This document shows positions 1 through 12,300 of a DNA stretch of 64,000 nucleotides, piece by piece; within the stretch, counting starts at the first letter, position 1, and each line of letters begins with the position of its first letter. Below the pieces are notes generated by a model. It was not told the origin of the DNA, searched no databases, and was given only the letters and a program-made list of their open reading frames with translations. The stretch is from contig NC_134028.1 in assembly GCF_964204645.1 (NCBI RefSeq), forward strand, positions 6,076,001 through 6,140,000, read 5' to 3'. A program made the translations under genes and the position numbers. The DNA comes from Tubulanus polymorphus. Taxonomy: Eukaryota > Animalia > Nemertea.

Positions 1-34
1 AAAAAGAATCTACCACCATCTACCGTATATTTAC

Positions 35-2558
35 CTCGATCGTGTAACGCTAAAAGCACTTGAGAACCTATGAACATTCTGTAGAGATAACCGGGTATAG
101 GCTTACCGGCCCATTCGTTACTCTCGTCGAAAGCCTGTCGTCCGGGCGCGTGAGGATCCGATTCGGCGAGGTAATATCGGTATCCGTCTTTGTTGAACGG
201 ATGCTCGAGGGGGTAGCCGTGCGGCGCGAGTTTAGCTGTCATCGATAGGTCCCTGCAACGAGAAATCAACGGTAAGATCAAAACTCTCTCAAGTTTCTTT
301 TAGAGACCGTCGGTGGAATATCATATTCACGCGTAATACCCTCGTTTGATTTTCGACCCGGTCTGCGATTGTAATTCGGCGGCTTTTCTTTTAGCGCCAC
401 GAGTTCGAACTGAAATAGAGACCGTACATAATTATAAATTCAATTTTCTGAATTGATCAAATGTTTCAACTTTACTTACTGTCGCTCGCTGTCCCGGACT
501 TCGCATCTCCAGGTTTCGCGAACGCCAACGCTGCTTTCAAACTGTCGTAATTCGGGCCGAGTTTAGAGATTTCCTAAGCAAATATCAATCAGTACGGAAT
601 ATGCATTCGATTTGTATTACGAAAATAAATCCTTTGAAATAAGGACAGAGTTTTCCACATTATAGCAACAAATTCCCTGAGTAAATCTGAGGAATTTTTC
701 GGGTTAAAACGTTGCAATTTTATTCATTTTTTATGAATCACTTTTTGATAAAGAAATGCGTGGTCAATGACATACAGAAATTCCCAGAGTTTCCCTGATT
801 TTTCTGATTCCTTGAGTTTTCCAAGTCAGTGGCCAACCTGTGCTAAAATGTAACCTACCGCATTGATCAGTCCGAAGTTTTGATCAGAACAGTGATACAG
901 CTCTTCGCAAAGGAAAATATCAGTATCTTTCAACTGAAAAGAAAGAAAAAACATGAAAATTGAGCTCAGCCGAGTAAGGAGAACTCTCTAAGCAGTCTAA
1001 AAAAATTCTAATAAAAGCCTTGGATATGAAACAATGGTTACATATGTGCCATCAATTATCACATTATAACCAGATTCGCAGTATGACAAATTTTCGTAGG
1101 TCATTTAGAACGTACCATAGTTTTAGCGACTGTGTTATGCCAGGTTAGTTTCGTTCTACGTGGCATCGACGTTAGACTTTCCCAATGTTTGTTAATGAAT
1201 GGAATTATTTCCTGAAATACAGAAAAAGAAATACCCATCGTTTATAAACAGCGAACAAGGTTATGTCATTGAGATGTTTCGAATTTTCTCTAGTAAAAAT
1301 CGATCAAAATTCACATTCTATTTACTAGATTCAATTTCAAAGACACATCTACATTAAAAAGCTTGTTTTTCAAGCGAAAACTGGCCGTAGAACTCAGTGA
1401 TTCTTTTCTACTATAGTTCAAACTTGAATCAAACTTACTCTTTCTTTCGAGAACATTCGTCTATCCGGGTGTTGGGCTTGCAGATTTGCCACAGCAGTTT
1501 GACACATTTGACTAAAACCTTTCAAAATGAAACGAATTTCTAGTTGAATAATAATAACAATGTGTCTTACACGGGGTTACATCGAGAAAAGCTACTCAGA
1601 GCGCTTTACATTAAGTTGAATTTGTTCGTAGTTTACATTACCCAAAACACCGGGGAATGCAATACGAATGTGGGTGTTCACTTACTGGCTTGTTTCTTTG
1701 AGAAACTTTCGAGACCGTTAGGATTGCACATCTTACAGAAAAACTGATAGTTCGTCATGAACGGTACACAATTTCTGAAAATCAAGTGAAATATACGATG
1801 AATCTACCCTAAATAAACAAAAAAATCAAATGCTCTTCTTATAAAATCTCTCATTTAATATACTGTCAGAGTCCACTCTTTCTAAAGCCACTGCTTACTT
1901 TACGCCAACATTTTTCAGATAACAAATTTGCTTAATCCAACTCAAATACAATGAAACCATCATTCTTTATAACGCTAAATATGTTTTATCGCCATGTTTT
2001 TCATTGGTCCCAACAGTGGCATTATAAAGGACTTTTAACGCCTTTTACCGTATTATGTGATTTACTTACCCAACATAACATGTAATACAAGTTATGTGAA
2101 ACCATCGTAAACAAATACCACACTGAAGTTCTGATAAACTAAAATCTCGGCCTTTACCACTAAAAGTAAACAAATCATTCTTTTTAAAAAAAAGAATTTT
2201 AACAGTTTTTTAGGGATGATTATGTCATTAGCCTTAACACAGTGAAGTCTGTTCTGAAAAGTTGTCCCAAATCAACGACAGGATTACCAATAAGGGCATC
2301 GTTTAACTCTTACCAATAACAATTAATAGGTTCATCTAATCCTTTCTGACTATCGTCGTCCATAGGCTCGAGTCTGTCTCCTCCAGCCACTGCGGCCATC
2401 ACGTCCTTTTTCTCCAAAAAGTCATCGGCACCACCATCAGTTTTATCATAATCAGCAACGAGTTGTAGTTTTGGACTGAGAGGTTGCAGCAAATGCTGTT
2501 GCTGTAATAAGCTACCACCACTAACTTCAGCAGGGCTTTCTTCATCCACTTCCATCAT
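35..2558 (-). CDS. ASH2L: ASH2-like subunit of the Set1/MLL (COMPASS) histone H3K4 methyltransferase complex; 5' exons only, gene continues off the left edge
   Basis: Phase-compatible GT-AG exons 2314-2558, 2070-2159, 1686-1774, 1439-1518, 1116-1211, 859-933, 480-573, 340-409, 35-252. They translate to [34 protein letters not shown] (atypical PHD), [24 protein letters not shown] (winged helix) and [43 protein letters not shown], all ASH2L hallmarks. Confidence 0.95.
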
Positions 2559-2867
2559 GTTTTTCCAGCAGGTTGTGAAGAAATTGACTTTTTGAAGCAG
2601 ATTCTTGTGTTAAGTTGCTTGCCTAAGAAAATTATAACAAAATTCGTGCATAAGAAGCGAATGGACGAAAATACAAACAAATTCAGTCGGTTTCATTCGG
2701 TTCTTAACGCGAACGGAACTACACTTGTTTACTACATTTACAATCGTAAAATTAGTGAAAAGCTGTTTTGCAAAGATTATAAAAACGAAATATTATAGAA
2801 GGACGGCAGGCACCCGGTCGGCTATTATACATATAATCAATTCATTGCTTTTAAATGCTATACTTAC

Positions 2868-3005
2868 GTCAAAATAATGAAAGATGAATATTTTCAATTT
2901 CTTGCTTCCATTTTGACTCCACAATTATCGCCACCGAACCTAGGTGGCAGCACAAAACGGTGTTAAATCTTGTCCGGCGCGGGCGGGCGCGTATCCGCGG
3001 CTATA
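2868..3005 (-). promoter_or_regulatory. Probable non-coding first exon and GC-rich promoter of ASH2L
   Basis: Minus-strand donor GTAAGT at ~2862-2867 and acceptor at ~2622; GC-rich patch CCGGCGCGGGCGGGCGCG at ~2974-2991; CTCF-like CCTAGGTGGCAGCA at ~2939-2952. Confidence 0.5.
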
Positions 3006-3589
3006 ATTTCATCATCTTATTTAGGAAAGTATGGAATTCCTCAAGGGCCATACGAGTTACATTTTACGAATAACGACTTACGTTTTGCGAGTTACTAGTG
3101 TACGGAATTCCTGGACCGCCATACGACTTTCGATTTAGTTCCTTTTACGATTTGAATTTCAGAGGATCGTTGCTATGTCTTACAGACGGGCTCCTACCGG
3201 ACCTGTGCCTACCTACACTGTTTTTAAAGTCGTGATCAATTTATACCATAACCCTATAAAAGACCCGGGAGGAACCGATTACAAATTTATTTTATATCTA
3301 ACCAAAATCACCCGGCCGCTGCAAAGAAACAAAGTATCACTTTTGTTTAGCCTTGAACTTGGAATTATTTATGTCACGACTTCGTGGAAGCTATGCATTT
3401 ATGAGAAATAAAGCTAGAGGTTTTCATCAATAAATGTTAACGTTTTTATTCTTCGATTTCAATAAATTCTTCAATAAATTATTCTATAATTTAAGGAAAA
3501 AACAGGCGGCGGCTTAATTAGGAGGGGAGCTGTTGGGAATCAAGTAATTTATTTTTATGGCTTATTAAAGTTCTACGATTGTTCCGCTG

Positions 3590-3830
3590 GATGAGGGATG
3601 ATTCTACTGTCACGCCCTTTGTTTCTGGTATTCTGAGTCGGCTGAGGGATGATTCTACTGTCACGCCCTTTGATTTCTAGTTTGAGTGCTAGTTTTCATT
3701 GTGTCCTTGTGACAACCTCGGGCAGAGATGAAGTCTCTTGTCGGCTTGTGAGTGCTAGTTTCATTGAGTCCTTGTGACTACCTCGGTCAGTGGATGAAGT
3801 CTCTTGTCACGCCTTTGAGTGCTAGTTGAG
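3590..3830. repeat. Imperfect local tandem repeats (~50-65 bp units)
   Basis: TGAGGGATGATTCTACTGTCACGCCCTTT x2; TGAGTGCTAGTT...GATGAAGTCTCTTGTC x2-3. Confidence 0.7.
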
Positions 3831-4023
3831 ATCCTGAATCTCACCCGGTCAAGCTGGTTGTACTGCGCTATTTGTGTTTCGAGCAATTTTACAGGTGTAT
3901 CAGTTACTGACGTCGCCCAGTACATCCTGCAGTTCATTTCATTTCATTTCGTTTATTGTAACTTTGTACAAAGTACAGTATACAAATATCGTTCATGTAA
4001 TACATAATATAATATAGTGGCAA

Positions 4024-4234
<211 letters not shown>

Positions 4235-4269
4235 TAGTATTTAGTAATCTAGTAATTTAGGGGGATACA

Positions 4270-7200
4270 TCATGGAGGTTCAAAGGCTGCTTTCAGAAAC
4301 TTACATAATTTGACAAGAGTATTTTTTGGGGAATTGAAAAGGGTTATCAGTTTATAATGACTAGGTCTTGTTAAACAGAATTGTGGTAAGCACTGTGATC
4401 TTAGAATTGTATATTCTGGACATTCAAATAAAAAGTGATATTCATTTCCAATTACATTTTGGTTGCATTTTAAACAAAATCTCTGGTTTTGAGGTGTATT
4501 ACTATATCTACCGGTTTCAATCGGTAGTTTGTGATTACTACATCTAAACCGGCACAATGTGCGTCGCAATGAAATAGGGAGGTCATGCAAATATGGTTCG
4601 AACTTTAGTTCAGTTTTGATCATAGAATACATTAGTCCTTTTGAGCTGTTACGGCAATCGGCCATCCATTTTTGCGTAAATTGGTCTTGAAGACGCTGTT
4701 TGATCAATTCACCAATAAGTTCAGGATTAACTCGCTCGTGATTTACCCAGTAGTTCATTAGACCACACTCTTCTAGGGTGCATTTTATATAACTTAACCA
4801 CTTGGTTGTTTTTCCATGGAGCAAGTGCATATTAAAAAGCATTTTATACATTTGACCCGATAATGTCGATACATCATTCCATAAAAGCTTTGCCCAGAAC
4901 TTAACCATTTTACTCTTGATGATTATCGCAAGCGGGGTTCTACCTAATTCACCATAGACCATATAATTTGGGGTAGACCGGTTTAGATGTAGTAAATATT
5001 TACAAAAACGCAGGTGGTATTTCTCTAAAATAGCAGTTGATTCGTAACCCCATATTTCACATGCATACGTAAGGATTGGTTCGACCATAGCATCAAAAAG
5101 TTCTAAACCTACGTCTGTATCTAAAGAGTACTGTTGGACCTTTTTCAAGACAAAAAATAGAGCTTTATTTGCACTTTCCCCAATTTTCTTTCGACATTTT
5201 GCAAATGTACCAGTGTAATTAAATAATATTCCTAAGTAGACAAATTCGTCAACAACTTCGACTTCATGTTGGTGTATAAAAAAAGTTGGTTTTAATCTTG
5301 TTTTCCTTTTTTGGAATATTAGTATTTTAGTCTTTGCTGGGTTGATTTTCAATTTCCATAGGTCACAATATTCAGACAAAGAATCAAGTGCTAATTGTAG
5401 GCCTTCCATCGAGTCAGATAAAATAAGGGTATCGTCTGCATACAAAAGCACTAAAAGTCTCAACCAGAAATTTACCTCATCATTATTATCAATACATACA
5501 CTTTGACAGCCTTTACTCAATAGAAAGTTTTCAAGGTCGTTTACATATAGACTAAAAAGTAGTGGGGATAGATTATCTCCCTGCTTGAGACCAATATGAC
5601 TATGAAAAAACTCGGAATTCCTTCCGTTAGTCGAAACACAACATTTGACGGACTTATACATATTTATTACGATATTGTAAAATTTACCTGTGATTCCGTG
5701 GTTATCTAATTTTTTCCAAAGTGCTTTTCTCCAGATTTTATCGAACGCTTTTTCATAATCAATAAATGCACAGTATAATTTGCGATTTTTACCCAAAAAC
5801 AAGTCAACAACTGATTTCAGTGTAAATATATGGTCAGTAACCCCATGTTTCTTACGGAAGCCGGCTTGTATAAGATTTAACAACTGGTTGCACTCTAGAA
5901 ATTCAGATAATCGACTGTTAACCAGACTAGTAAATAGTTTGCCTAGACAGCTCGTTAGTGAAATGCCCCGGTAGTTATCTGGGCAATTAGGATCCCCTTT
6001 GTTTTTAAAAAGTGGAATTATTGTTGATAGTCCCCAGTCGTGTGGGTAAATTCCTGAGTCCAAGATACGATTAAATAAGGTAGTGAGAACAGGTGATAAA
6101 TTATTTGCAACTGATTTAAGCATTTCGTTGATTATCTCATCGGGTCCGGGTGACTTGTTATTTTTTAGTTTTTTGATTGCATTTATAACCTCTTCTTCAG
6201 TTAGGTCTCTATTAAGGGCATCAAAATTCAACGTTGCAAAATCGAAATCGAAATGTCCCTCTGGGGGTTCAGTATTATCATAGTTGGGTTTTCTATTTAG
6301 TGTATGAAAATGGTTCACCAAGTCGTCAAAATTTGCTTCACATTGTGGTGCATTCGCCTTTTTGCGGAAGAACTTCCAGAAACTTTTAGGATCAGACTTC
6401 TTTAACATTCTAATTTCGTGATTAGTTCCTGTCGTGCGCGCATTTCGTTCACGATTAACCGATTGTTTATAGTTAGTGTATGCGTTGTTCAGAAATTGTT
6501 TAGTTTGTTCATTTTTGGTACTCTTATAGTGCCTTTTGGCACGCCTATATGCCCGGCGCTTTTCTATGACATTACGTGAATGGTGACGTGAGGCTTTATC
6601 ATTGTTGGTACGTTTACCTAGTAATCTTTCCCCCATTGTATCTAGAGCCGTTCGCTTTAACGTGTCACAGAGACGTTTGTTACAAGTGTTAGGTTCCGCC
6701 TGGTTTAATAAATCTTGCTGGATAATATCAATGCCCGTACTATTATGGATTTTATCCATGTAATCAACTATTTTAGTTTTGTTCCAATTTATCTTCCGTG
6801 ATCTATTAACAGGTTCTACGTTGGTGTCATTTATTATTGTTGATTTGCTAGAAATTTTGATTTCGATAGGGCAATGAACATCTGAAAATATTCGGTCGAA
6901 ACACAACACTTTAAAATGCACGATTTTTTCAAATAGGGGATAACTCGCTATGCCGTAATCGACCACATGAAAATTATCTGACTTAACGCATGTGTGTTTG
7001 CCCACATTTTTATCTTCACCGAGACGACCATTACATATAAATATAGTGTGTGATTTACAAAATTCGACTAATCTGTAACCATAATTGTTGATGCCGTTAT
7101 CGGAATTGGTTCTTTGTAGCATATCATTTACAGTTAACGAGCGAACAGCTGAAACGTCGTCTTGAAAAATTTCACTAAGGTCTAAATATTCTATATATCT

Positions 7201-7737
7201 GTCATCAATGGGCGTATAGTCTAAAAGGTTGCGAGTGTGAGCGTTGAAATCGCCACACAATAAGAGGTAATCATTGTCACAGTTATAAAGTGATATTAAT
7301 TCAGAATCTAAATCGTCGAACAATTCGACTCTTCCGTAGGTACTACTCTCCGGGGGGATATACACGGAACCTAAAAGTAGATCTTTATCTTCATTTAACA
7401 TTTTTTTATCAAATTTAAGCCAGTGAATTAGTTTACTCGTTTTCTTCTCCATGGTTACATATTTTTTCAGTACCTTTTTTATAAGAATGACAATTCCACC
7501 TGACCGTCTCACTGATAGATTTGTTCGGTTGTTCACATATGGGAAAAATCCAAGTTTTTCACTGAAGTCATTCAGCCAAAACTCGTCTGAACTGTCTAGT
7601 TTTGTCTCGGTGAGAATTACTATATCGTTACAGAGTAGAAGATCAATAAATTCATCGTATTTACTTTTCGATTTAAGCCCGCAAACATTTAAGTTCAACA
7701 GTGATATACTAGGGGTGTTTCCACTTTTCGTATCCAC
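4270..7737 (-). CDS. LINE ORF2: APE endonuclease + reverse transcriptase + C-terminal CCHC zinc knuckle (1155 aa)
   Basis: EN motifs LNVCGL, LTET, YIPP, GDFNAH, DY, SDVH. RT motifs KSPGPD, YRGISL, QAGF, IDYEKAFD, GLKQG..LSPLLF, YADD, YLG. C-terminal FRCSNHKLPIETGRY..C..C..EYHFLFEC. Confidence 0.95.
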   Translation of the reverse strand: MDTKSGNTPSISLLNLNVCGLKSKSKYDEFIDLLLCNDIVILTETKLDSSDEFWLNDFSEKLGFFPYVNNRTNLSVRRSGGIVILIKKVLKKYVTMEKKTSKLIHWLKFDKKMLNEDKDLLLGSVYIPPESSTYGRVELFDDLDSELISLYNCDNDYLLLCGDFNAHTRNLLDYTPIDDRYIEYLDLSEIFQDDVSAVRSLTVNDMLQRTNSDNGINNYGYRLVEFCKSHTIFICNGRLGEDKNVGKHTCVKSDNFHVVDYGIASYPLFEKIVHFKVLCFDRIFSDVHCPIEIKISSKSTIINDTNVEPVNRSRKINWNKTKIVDYMDKIHNSTGIDIIQQDLLNQAEPNTCNKRLCDTLKRTALDTMGERLLGKRTNNDKASRHHSRNVIEKRRAYRRAKRHYKSTKNEQTKQFLNNAYTNYKQSVNRERNARTTGTNHEIRMLKKSDPKSFWKFFRKKANAPQCEANFDDLVNHFHTLNRKPNYDNTEPPEGHFDFDFATLNFDALNRDLTEEEVINAIKKLKNNKSPGPDEIINEMLKSVANNLSPVLTTLFNRILDSGIYPHDWGLSTIIPLFKNKGDPNCPDNYRGISLTSCLGKLFTSLVNSRLSEFLECNQLLNLIQAGFRKKHGVTDHIFTLKSVVDLFLGKNRKLYCAFIDYEKAFDKIWRKALWKKLDNHGITGKFYNIVINMYKSVKCCVSTNGRNSEFFHSHIGLKQGDNLSPLLFSLYVNDLENFLLSKGCQSVCIDNNDEVNFWLRLLVLLYADDTLILSDSMEGLQLALDSLSEYCDLWKLKINPAKTKILIFQKRKTRLKPTFFIHQHEVEVVDEFVYLGILFNYTGTFAKCRKKIGESANKALFFVLKKVQQYSLDTDVGLELFDAMVEPILTYACEIWGYESTAILEKYHLRFCKYLLHLNRSTPNYMVYGELGRTPLAIIIKSKMVKFWAKLLWNDVSTLSGQMYKMLFNMHLLHGKTTKWLSYIKCTLEECGLMNYWVNHERVNPELIGELIKQRLQDQFTQKWMADCRNSSKGLMYSMIKTELKFEPYLHDLPISLRRTLCRFRCSNHKLPIETGRYSNTPQNQRFCLKCNQNVIGNEYHFLFECPEYTILRSQCLPQFCLTRPSHYKLITLFNSPKNTLVKLCKFLKAAFEPP

Positions 7738-7743
7738 CCAATC

Positions 7744-8502
7744 CTATTCCGCGTTCATCTCTAGTATTGCCCGTGCATTTTCTAAGGCGGCACTAATGCT
7801 ATCGGGTCCAGTGTTTTCAGTAATCACGCTGTCGGTCGATGTCGATGCTTTCGCTTTCTTAGGTACTTGTTTCACCCTCTCTCGTCCGCTATTATTTTGC
7901 TGCTGTTGTGTAGGGGTTTCTTCCGTGATATCTTCGGATGGGGGTCTCTCGCGTTTTTTGTCGTCTTTTCTTCTAGCTGTTTCTACCTGTCTGCTCGTAT
8001 TATCTTCTTTGGTGTTATAACGATTAGTATCGGTGTAGTTATTATCGGGCTCTTGGTTGTTGATCAATCGACCGTTGCTAGCCATTTTTAGGTTTTTTCC
8101 ACCAGGTATCATGTGTAATAGTTTACGGGTGTTAATTTCGTGAAGGCGCTCTATATGAGATTTGCTGCTTCTGAGCCATACATCTACGAATTTCCTGTTG
8201 TTTTTCAGTTTACGCTTAGCTCGCAGTATTTCGATTTTAATGTTTTTGTTCTCGAATGCTAACTTGACGAGTGGTGGTTCCTTGGTTGTTCGTTGTCTGA
8301 GTCTAATACACTTTACAATTTTAGGGGCAGGTTCTGCAAGCAGGGAGAGCATTTCGGTACATACATTGTTCAAGTTCTCGTTTTCTTCCATTCTGAGTCC
8401 AGAAATAATCACACAGTTGTCGGGGTCGTCTAGAGGATCTCGCTTTATTTTGGAATTCACTTCTATTTGCAATTCCATGCATAAATTTTCCATTTTTTTC
8501 AT
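7744..8502 (-). CDS. LINE ORF1 (252 aa; RRM-like core and basic disordered tail)
   Basis: Lies immediately 5' of ORF2; the pattern CVIISGL..E.ENL..KCIRL..PPLVKL.F..ILRAKRKL..VWL resembles LINE ORF1 proteins. Confidence 0.8.
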   Translation of the reverse strand: MKKMENLCMELQIEVNSKIKRDPLDDPDNCVIISGLRMEENENLNNVCTEMLSLLAEPAPKIVKCIRLRQRTTKEPPLVKLAFENKNIKIEILRAKRKLKNNRKFVDVWLRSSKSHIERLHEINTRKLLHMIPGGKNLKMASNGRLINNQEPDNNYTDTNRYNTKEDNTSRQVETARRKDDKKRERPPSEDITEETPTQQQQNNSGRERVKQVPKKAKASTSTDSVITENTGPDSISAALENARAILEMNAE

Positions 8503-9639
8503 GTCGGATTAGATGGGGAATGTGAAGCGTTGTCATTCTGGTTTTCGCGTTCTGTGTGAGGGCGTGTAGAGGGCAGTATATTCCTGGCTGGCTCATTGTC
8601 TGGTGTTCTCGGCATGTGAACGGCGACGGAGAGCTGAAAAGCTTTCGAACATTAGTTTTGTTCCGTACCAGGTTTTCATCGCTCTTCTCTTTTTTTTCAT
8701 TTCAGGACTCCCAAGAAGTTGAAGAAGAAGATGCTAGAAGGCGACTACAGAAGATGCCGAAAAAAGAATAGTGAACTCCGCAATCTTGAAAGTTAAGTTG
8801 ATACACATGTAAATTAGGATTAATGATGAAGAAATGTGTGACTACAAAATGTTTTTCTTTTTCTCAATTTCAGGTTCGACGAAACCCAAGAAGACAAAGA
8901 AGTGATTTTGAAAATTCAACCGCCGTCAAGAAAATCCTAGTCGCCACTGAACTTGGCAATCTTGAAAGTTAAGTTGATATACATGTAAATTACGATCTAT
9001 GATACAGAAAGGATTGTGTAATTACAGAATATCGTTCTATTCATTTCAGCTAAACTTAATCTGGAAAGGCCCAGCTTGATATAAACCTAAAATCTAAAAT
9101 CTACCCACCAGATCTTCAACCTTGTAATATAGATATTCCAAATCTCGATGTATTAAGATAGGCAGTCAACTTAATTGACCCCAATCAGTCGCTTGCCGGT
9201 TCAGACTGGTTGGAAGATTAATTGAATGAACCGGAACCGAAATTCCCAATTATGTGCTTGGATTTAAAGAAAAAAAAATTAATGTAAAATCGACAGCCGA
9301 TCACACAACTATATCTGTACTTCGATTTCCGATTTCGAAGTCAAACCCCGTTTCACTCTCAGTTGGTGTGGTGGGTTTGTAGTAACTGTCTACACCAAAC
9401 ACTGGAGTCTAAAAGATCTCCTAACGCCCCCTCACGAGTTCTCTCTCCTTTCACCCCAATAATCATCATTCTTCTGCTGTTTCTGATTCATATCGTTTAA
9501 TAATTGACTATTATCAAAATCAACGTATCGGTCCACATTGCTGATCTTTAATATGTTAATTATGATCCGTGATATTGGAAAGGAATTTTCCTCAAAAGGG
9601 TCTGCTCTTTTTTTCAGCTAAACTACTTATAATACGTCA

Positions 9640-11170
9640 TAATATAGATTTCCAAAATCTCGATGTAATAAATTAGGCAGAAAAAAAAGTTAACCTTGAC
9701 ATATAGATATCCGAAATCTTGATGTACCGGTATTAAAATAGGCAGAAAAAAAGTTAATCTTGTAATATAGATATCCAAAATCTCGATGTAATAAATTAGC
9801 CAGAAAAAAAGTTAACCTTGTAATCACGATTGGTAGAACACTATATCCGTGTTGACGCGATGAGGAGAGAATCCCACAATGATAATAAAAAGTCCGAAAA
9901 TGAAACTTCGAGATAGTAGTTTATTTCAACGTTTCGACTATATCCTAATAGTCATCTTCAGTTATAATGCAGATATCCAAAACCTTGTAATGTAGATATC
10001 CAAAATCTTGATGTACCGGCATAAAATAGGCAGAAAAAAGTTAATCTTGTAATATAGATATCCAAAATCTCGATGTAATAAATTAGGCAGAAAAAAGTTT
10101 ACCTTGTAATATAGATATCCAAAATCTTGATGTACCGGTATTAAAATAGGCAGAAAAAAAGTTAATCTTGTAATATAGATATCCAAAATCTCGATGTAAT
10201 AAATTAGGCAGAAAAAAGTTAACCTTATAATATAGATACGGTATATCCAGATGTATAAACAACTAATCAGGAGCAACTGAGACAAAAGTGTATATTATGT
10301 TCAGTTATTCAGGAGCAGCAGAGACAATGCGTATCTTATAAACACTTATTCAGGAGCAGCAGAGACAATGCGTATCTTATAAACACTTATTCAGGAGCAG
10401 CAGAGACAATGCGTATCTTATAAACACTTATTCAGGAGCAGCAGAGACAATGTGTATCTTATAAACACTTATTCAGGAGCAGCAGAGACAATGCGTATCT
10501 TATAAACACTTATTCAGGAGCAGCAGAGGCAATGCGTATCTTATAAACACTTATTCAGCAGCAGCAGAGACAATAGAATATGTAAAGTATTGTATGTAAT
10601 ATAGATATCCAAAATCTCGATGTAATAAATTAGGCAGAAAAAAGTTAACCTTGTTATATAGATATCCAAAATCTTAATGTAATAAAATGAGGCAGAAAAA
10701 AAATTAACCTTGTAATATAGATAACCAAAATCTCAATGTAATAAATTAGGCAGAAAAAAAGTTTAGCTTGTAATATAGATATCCAAAATCTCGATGTCAT
10801 AAATTAGGCAGAAAAAAAGTTAATCTTGTAATAAAGATATCCGAAATCTTAATGTATTAAATTAGGCTGAAAAAAAGTTAATCTTGTAATATAGATATCC
10901 AAAATCTCGATGTAATAAATTAGGAAGAAAAAAAGTTTATCTTTAAATTTAGATTTCCAAAATCTCGATGTAATAAATTAGGCAGAAAAAAAGTTAATCT
11001 TGTAATATAGATATCCAGAATCTAAATGTATTAAATTCGGCAGAAAAAAAGTTAATCCTGTAATATGGATATCCAAAATCTTAATGTATTAAATTAGGCA
11101 GAAAAAAAAGTTAATCTTGTATTATAGATATCCAAAATCTTAATGTATTAAATTATTAAATTAGGCAGAA
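9640..11170. repeat. ~59-bp minisatellite interrupted by a 41-bp minisatellite and a Penelope-like fragment
   Basis: Unit ATATAGATATCCAAAATCTCGATGTAATAAATTAGGCAGAAAAAAAGTTAAYCTTGTA recurs through the interval. The 41-bp unit TTATTCAGGAGCAGCAGAGACAATGCGTATCTTATAAACAC occurs about 7 times at 10305-10575. Confidence 0.9.
9924..9961 (-). ncRNA. Minimal hammerhead ribozyme motif (stem I 5' arm truncated)
   Basis: CTGAAGA-T-GACTAT(TAGGAT)ATAGTC-GAAA-CGTT. Confidence 0.5.
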
Positions 11171-11349
11171 TTAGATCACCGATCACACAACTATATCTGT
11201 ACTTCGATTTCCGATTTTGAAAAAACTTAGACAAAATTATCTACAACCTTGTAAACTTTCGGACTATTTACACGAAAAAAAAACAACAAAAATTATGTAA
11301 AATTAGACAACCAACTTAGGAGACCCTCGCCGATAATGAACCCAGAAAT

Positions 11350-12300
11350 CACAAAAGGTAACTTAATATATATGGAATTATTGCAATAAATTCTAAATGA
11401 AATATTTTGTCATTACCAGGATGTCTTCTTTTAATCATTGCAGCTAAATTTCAACTATAAGAAACACCCAGCTTGAGATCAACTACTCGTCCAAAATCTA
11501 GAAACTGGAACAGCAAACAGGAGGCCAACTAGAATCAAACTTATCAACCAACAAACTTGAGATGATCCACGCTGATAACGAACGAAGCAATCATTAAAAG
11601 GTAACTTGATATACGTGGAATTATTTTGATGAATTCTAAATGAAATATTTTTTCATTACAGGATATCTTCTTTTAATCATTGCAGCTAAATATCAACTAT
11701 AAGAAAAAACCCAGCTCGAGATCAACTACTCGTCCAAAATCGACCAACTGGAACAGTGCACAGATGAGGTCAAATAGGATCCAACTCATTAACTACCCAA
11801 TTAATAAGATAATCGCCGATTATGAAACCAGCAATCATAAAAGGTAACTCGATATATGTGGAATTATGTCGCTAGATTCTAAATGAAATATTTTGTCATT
11901 ACAGGATATCTTTGTTTGCTCATTTCAGCTAAATCCTATCTATATGAAACTGCCCAGCTTTAAATCAATGACTCATCAAATATCTACAGATAAGCTCCGC
12001 CCACTTAACAATCCAAGCTTGAATCAAATGCATCAACCAATTGTTCTAACCGATACTGATCCCAGCAAACTTGAAATGTAAGTTGATTTTTTATGGAAAT
12101 TATTATGATAAATTCTAAATGAAATATTTTGTCATTACAGGATATCTTCTTTTAATCATTGCAGCTGAATTTCAACTATAAGAAAAAGCCCAGCTTGAGA
12201 TCAAATACTCGTCCAAAATCTACAAACTGGAACGGTGCACAGAAAAGGCCAGAACTGAACCCAACAATCTTTAAAGGTAAGTTGATATACATGAAATTAC
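11350..12300 (+). repeat. Diverged ~240-bp tandem modules with exon/intron-like boundaries
   Basis: Repeated ATTCTAAATGAAATATTTTGTCATTACAGGATATC..TTGCAG|CTAAAT..AAAAG|GTAACTT units, about 4 copies. Confidence 0.75.

Noticed and set aside
8560-8700. Target-site duplication for the intact LINE
   Set aside because: The 3' flank (…CATCCTGCAG at ~3923-3932) is not repeated near the 5' end, so the 5' boundary remains undefined.
10305-10575. 41-bp repeat array as a CRISPR array
   Set aside because: Units are head-to-tail with no unique spacers, the context is eukaryotic and there are no cas genes.
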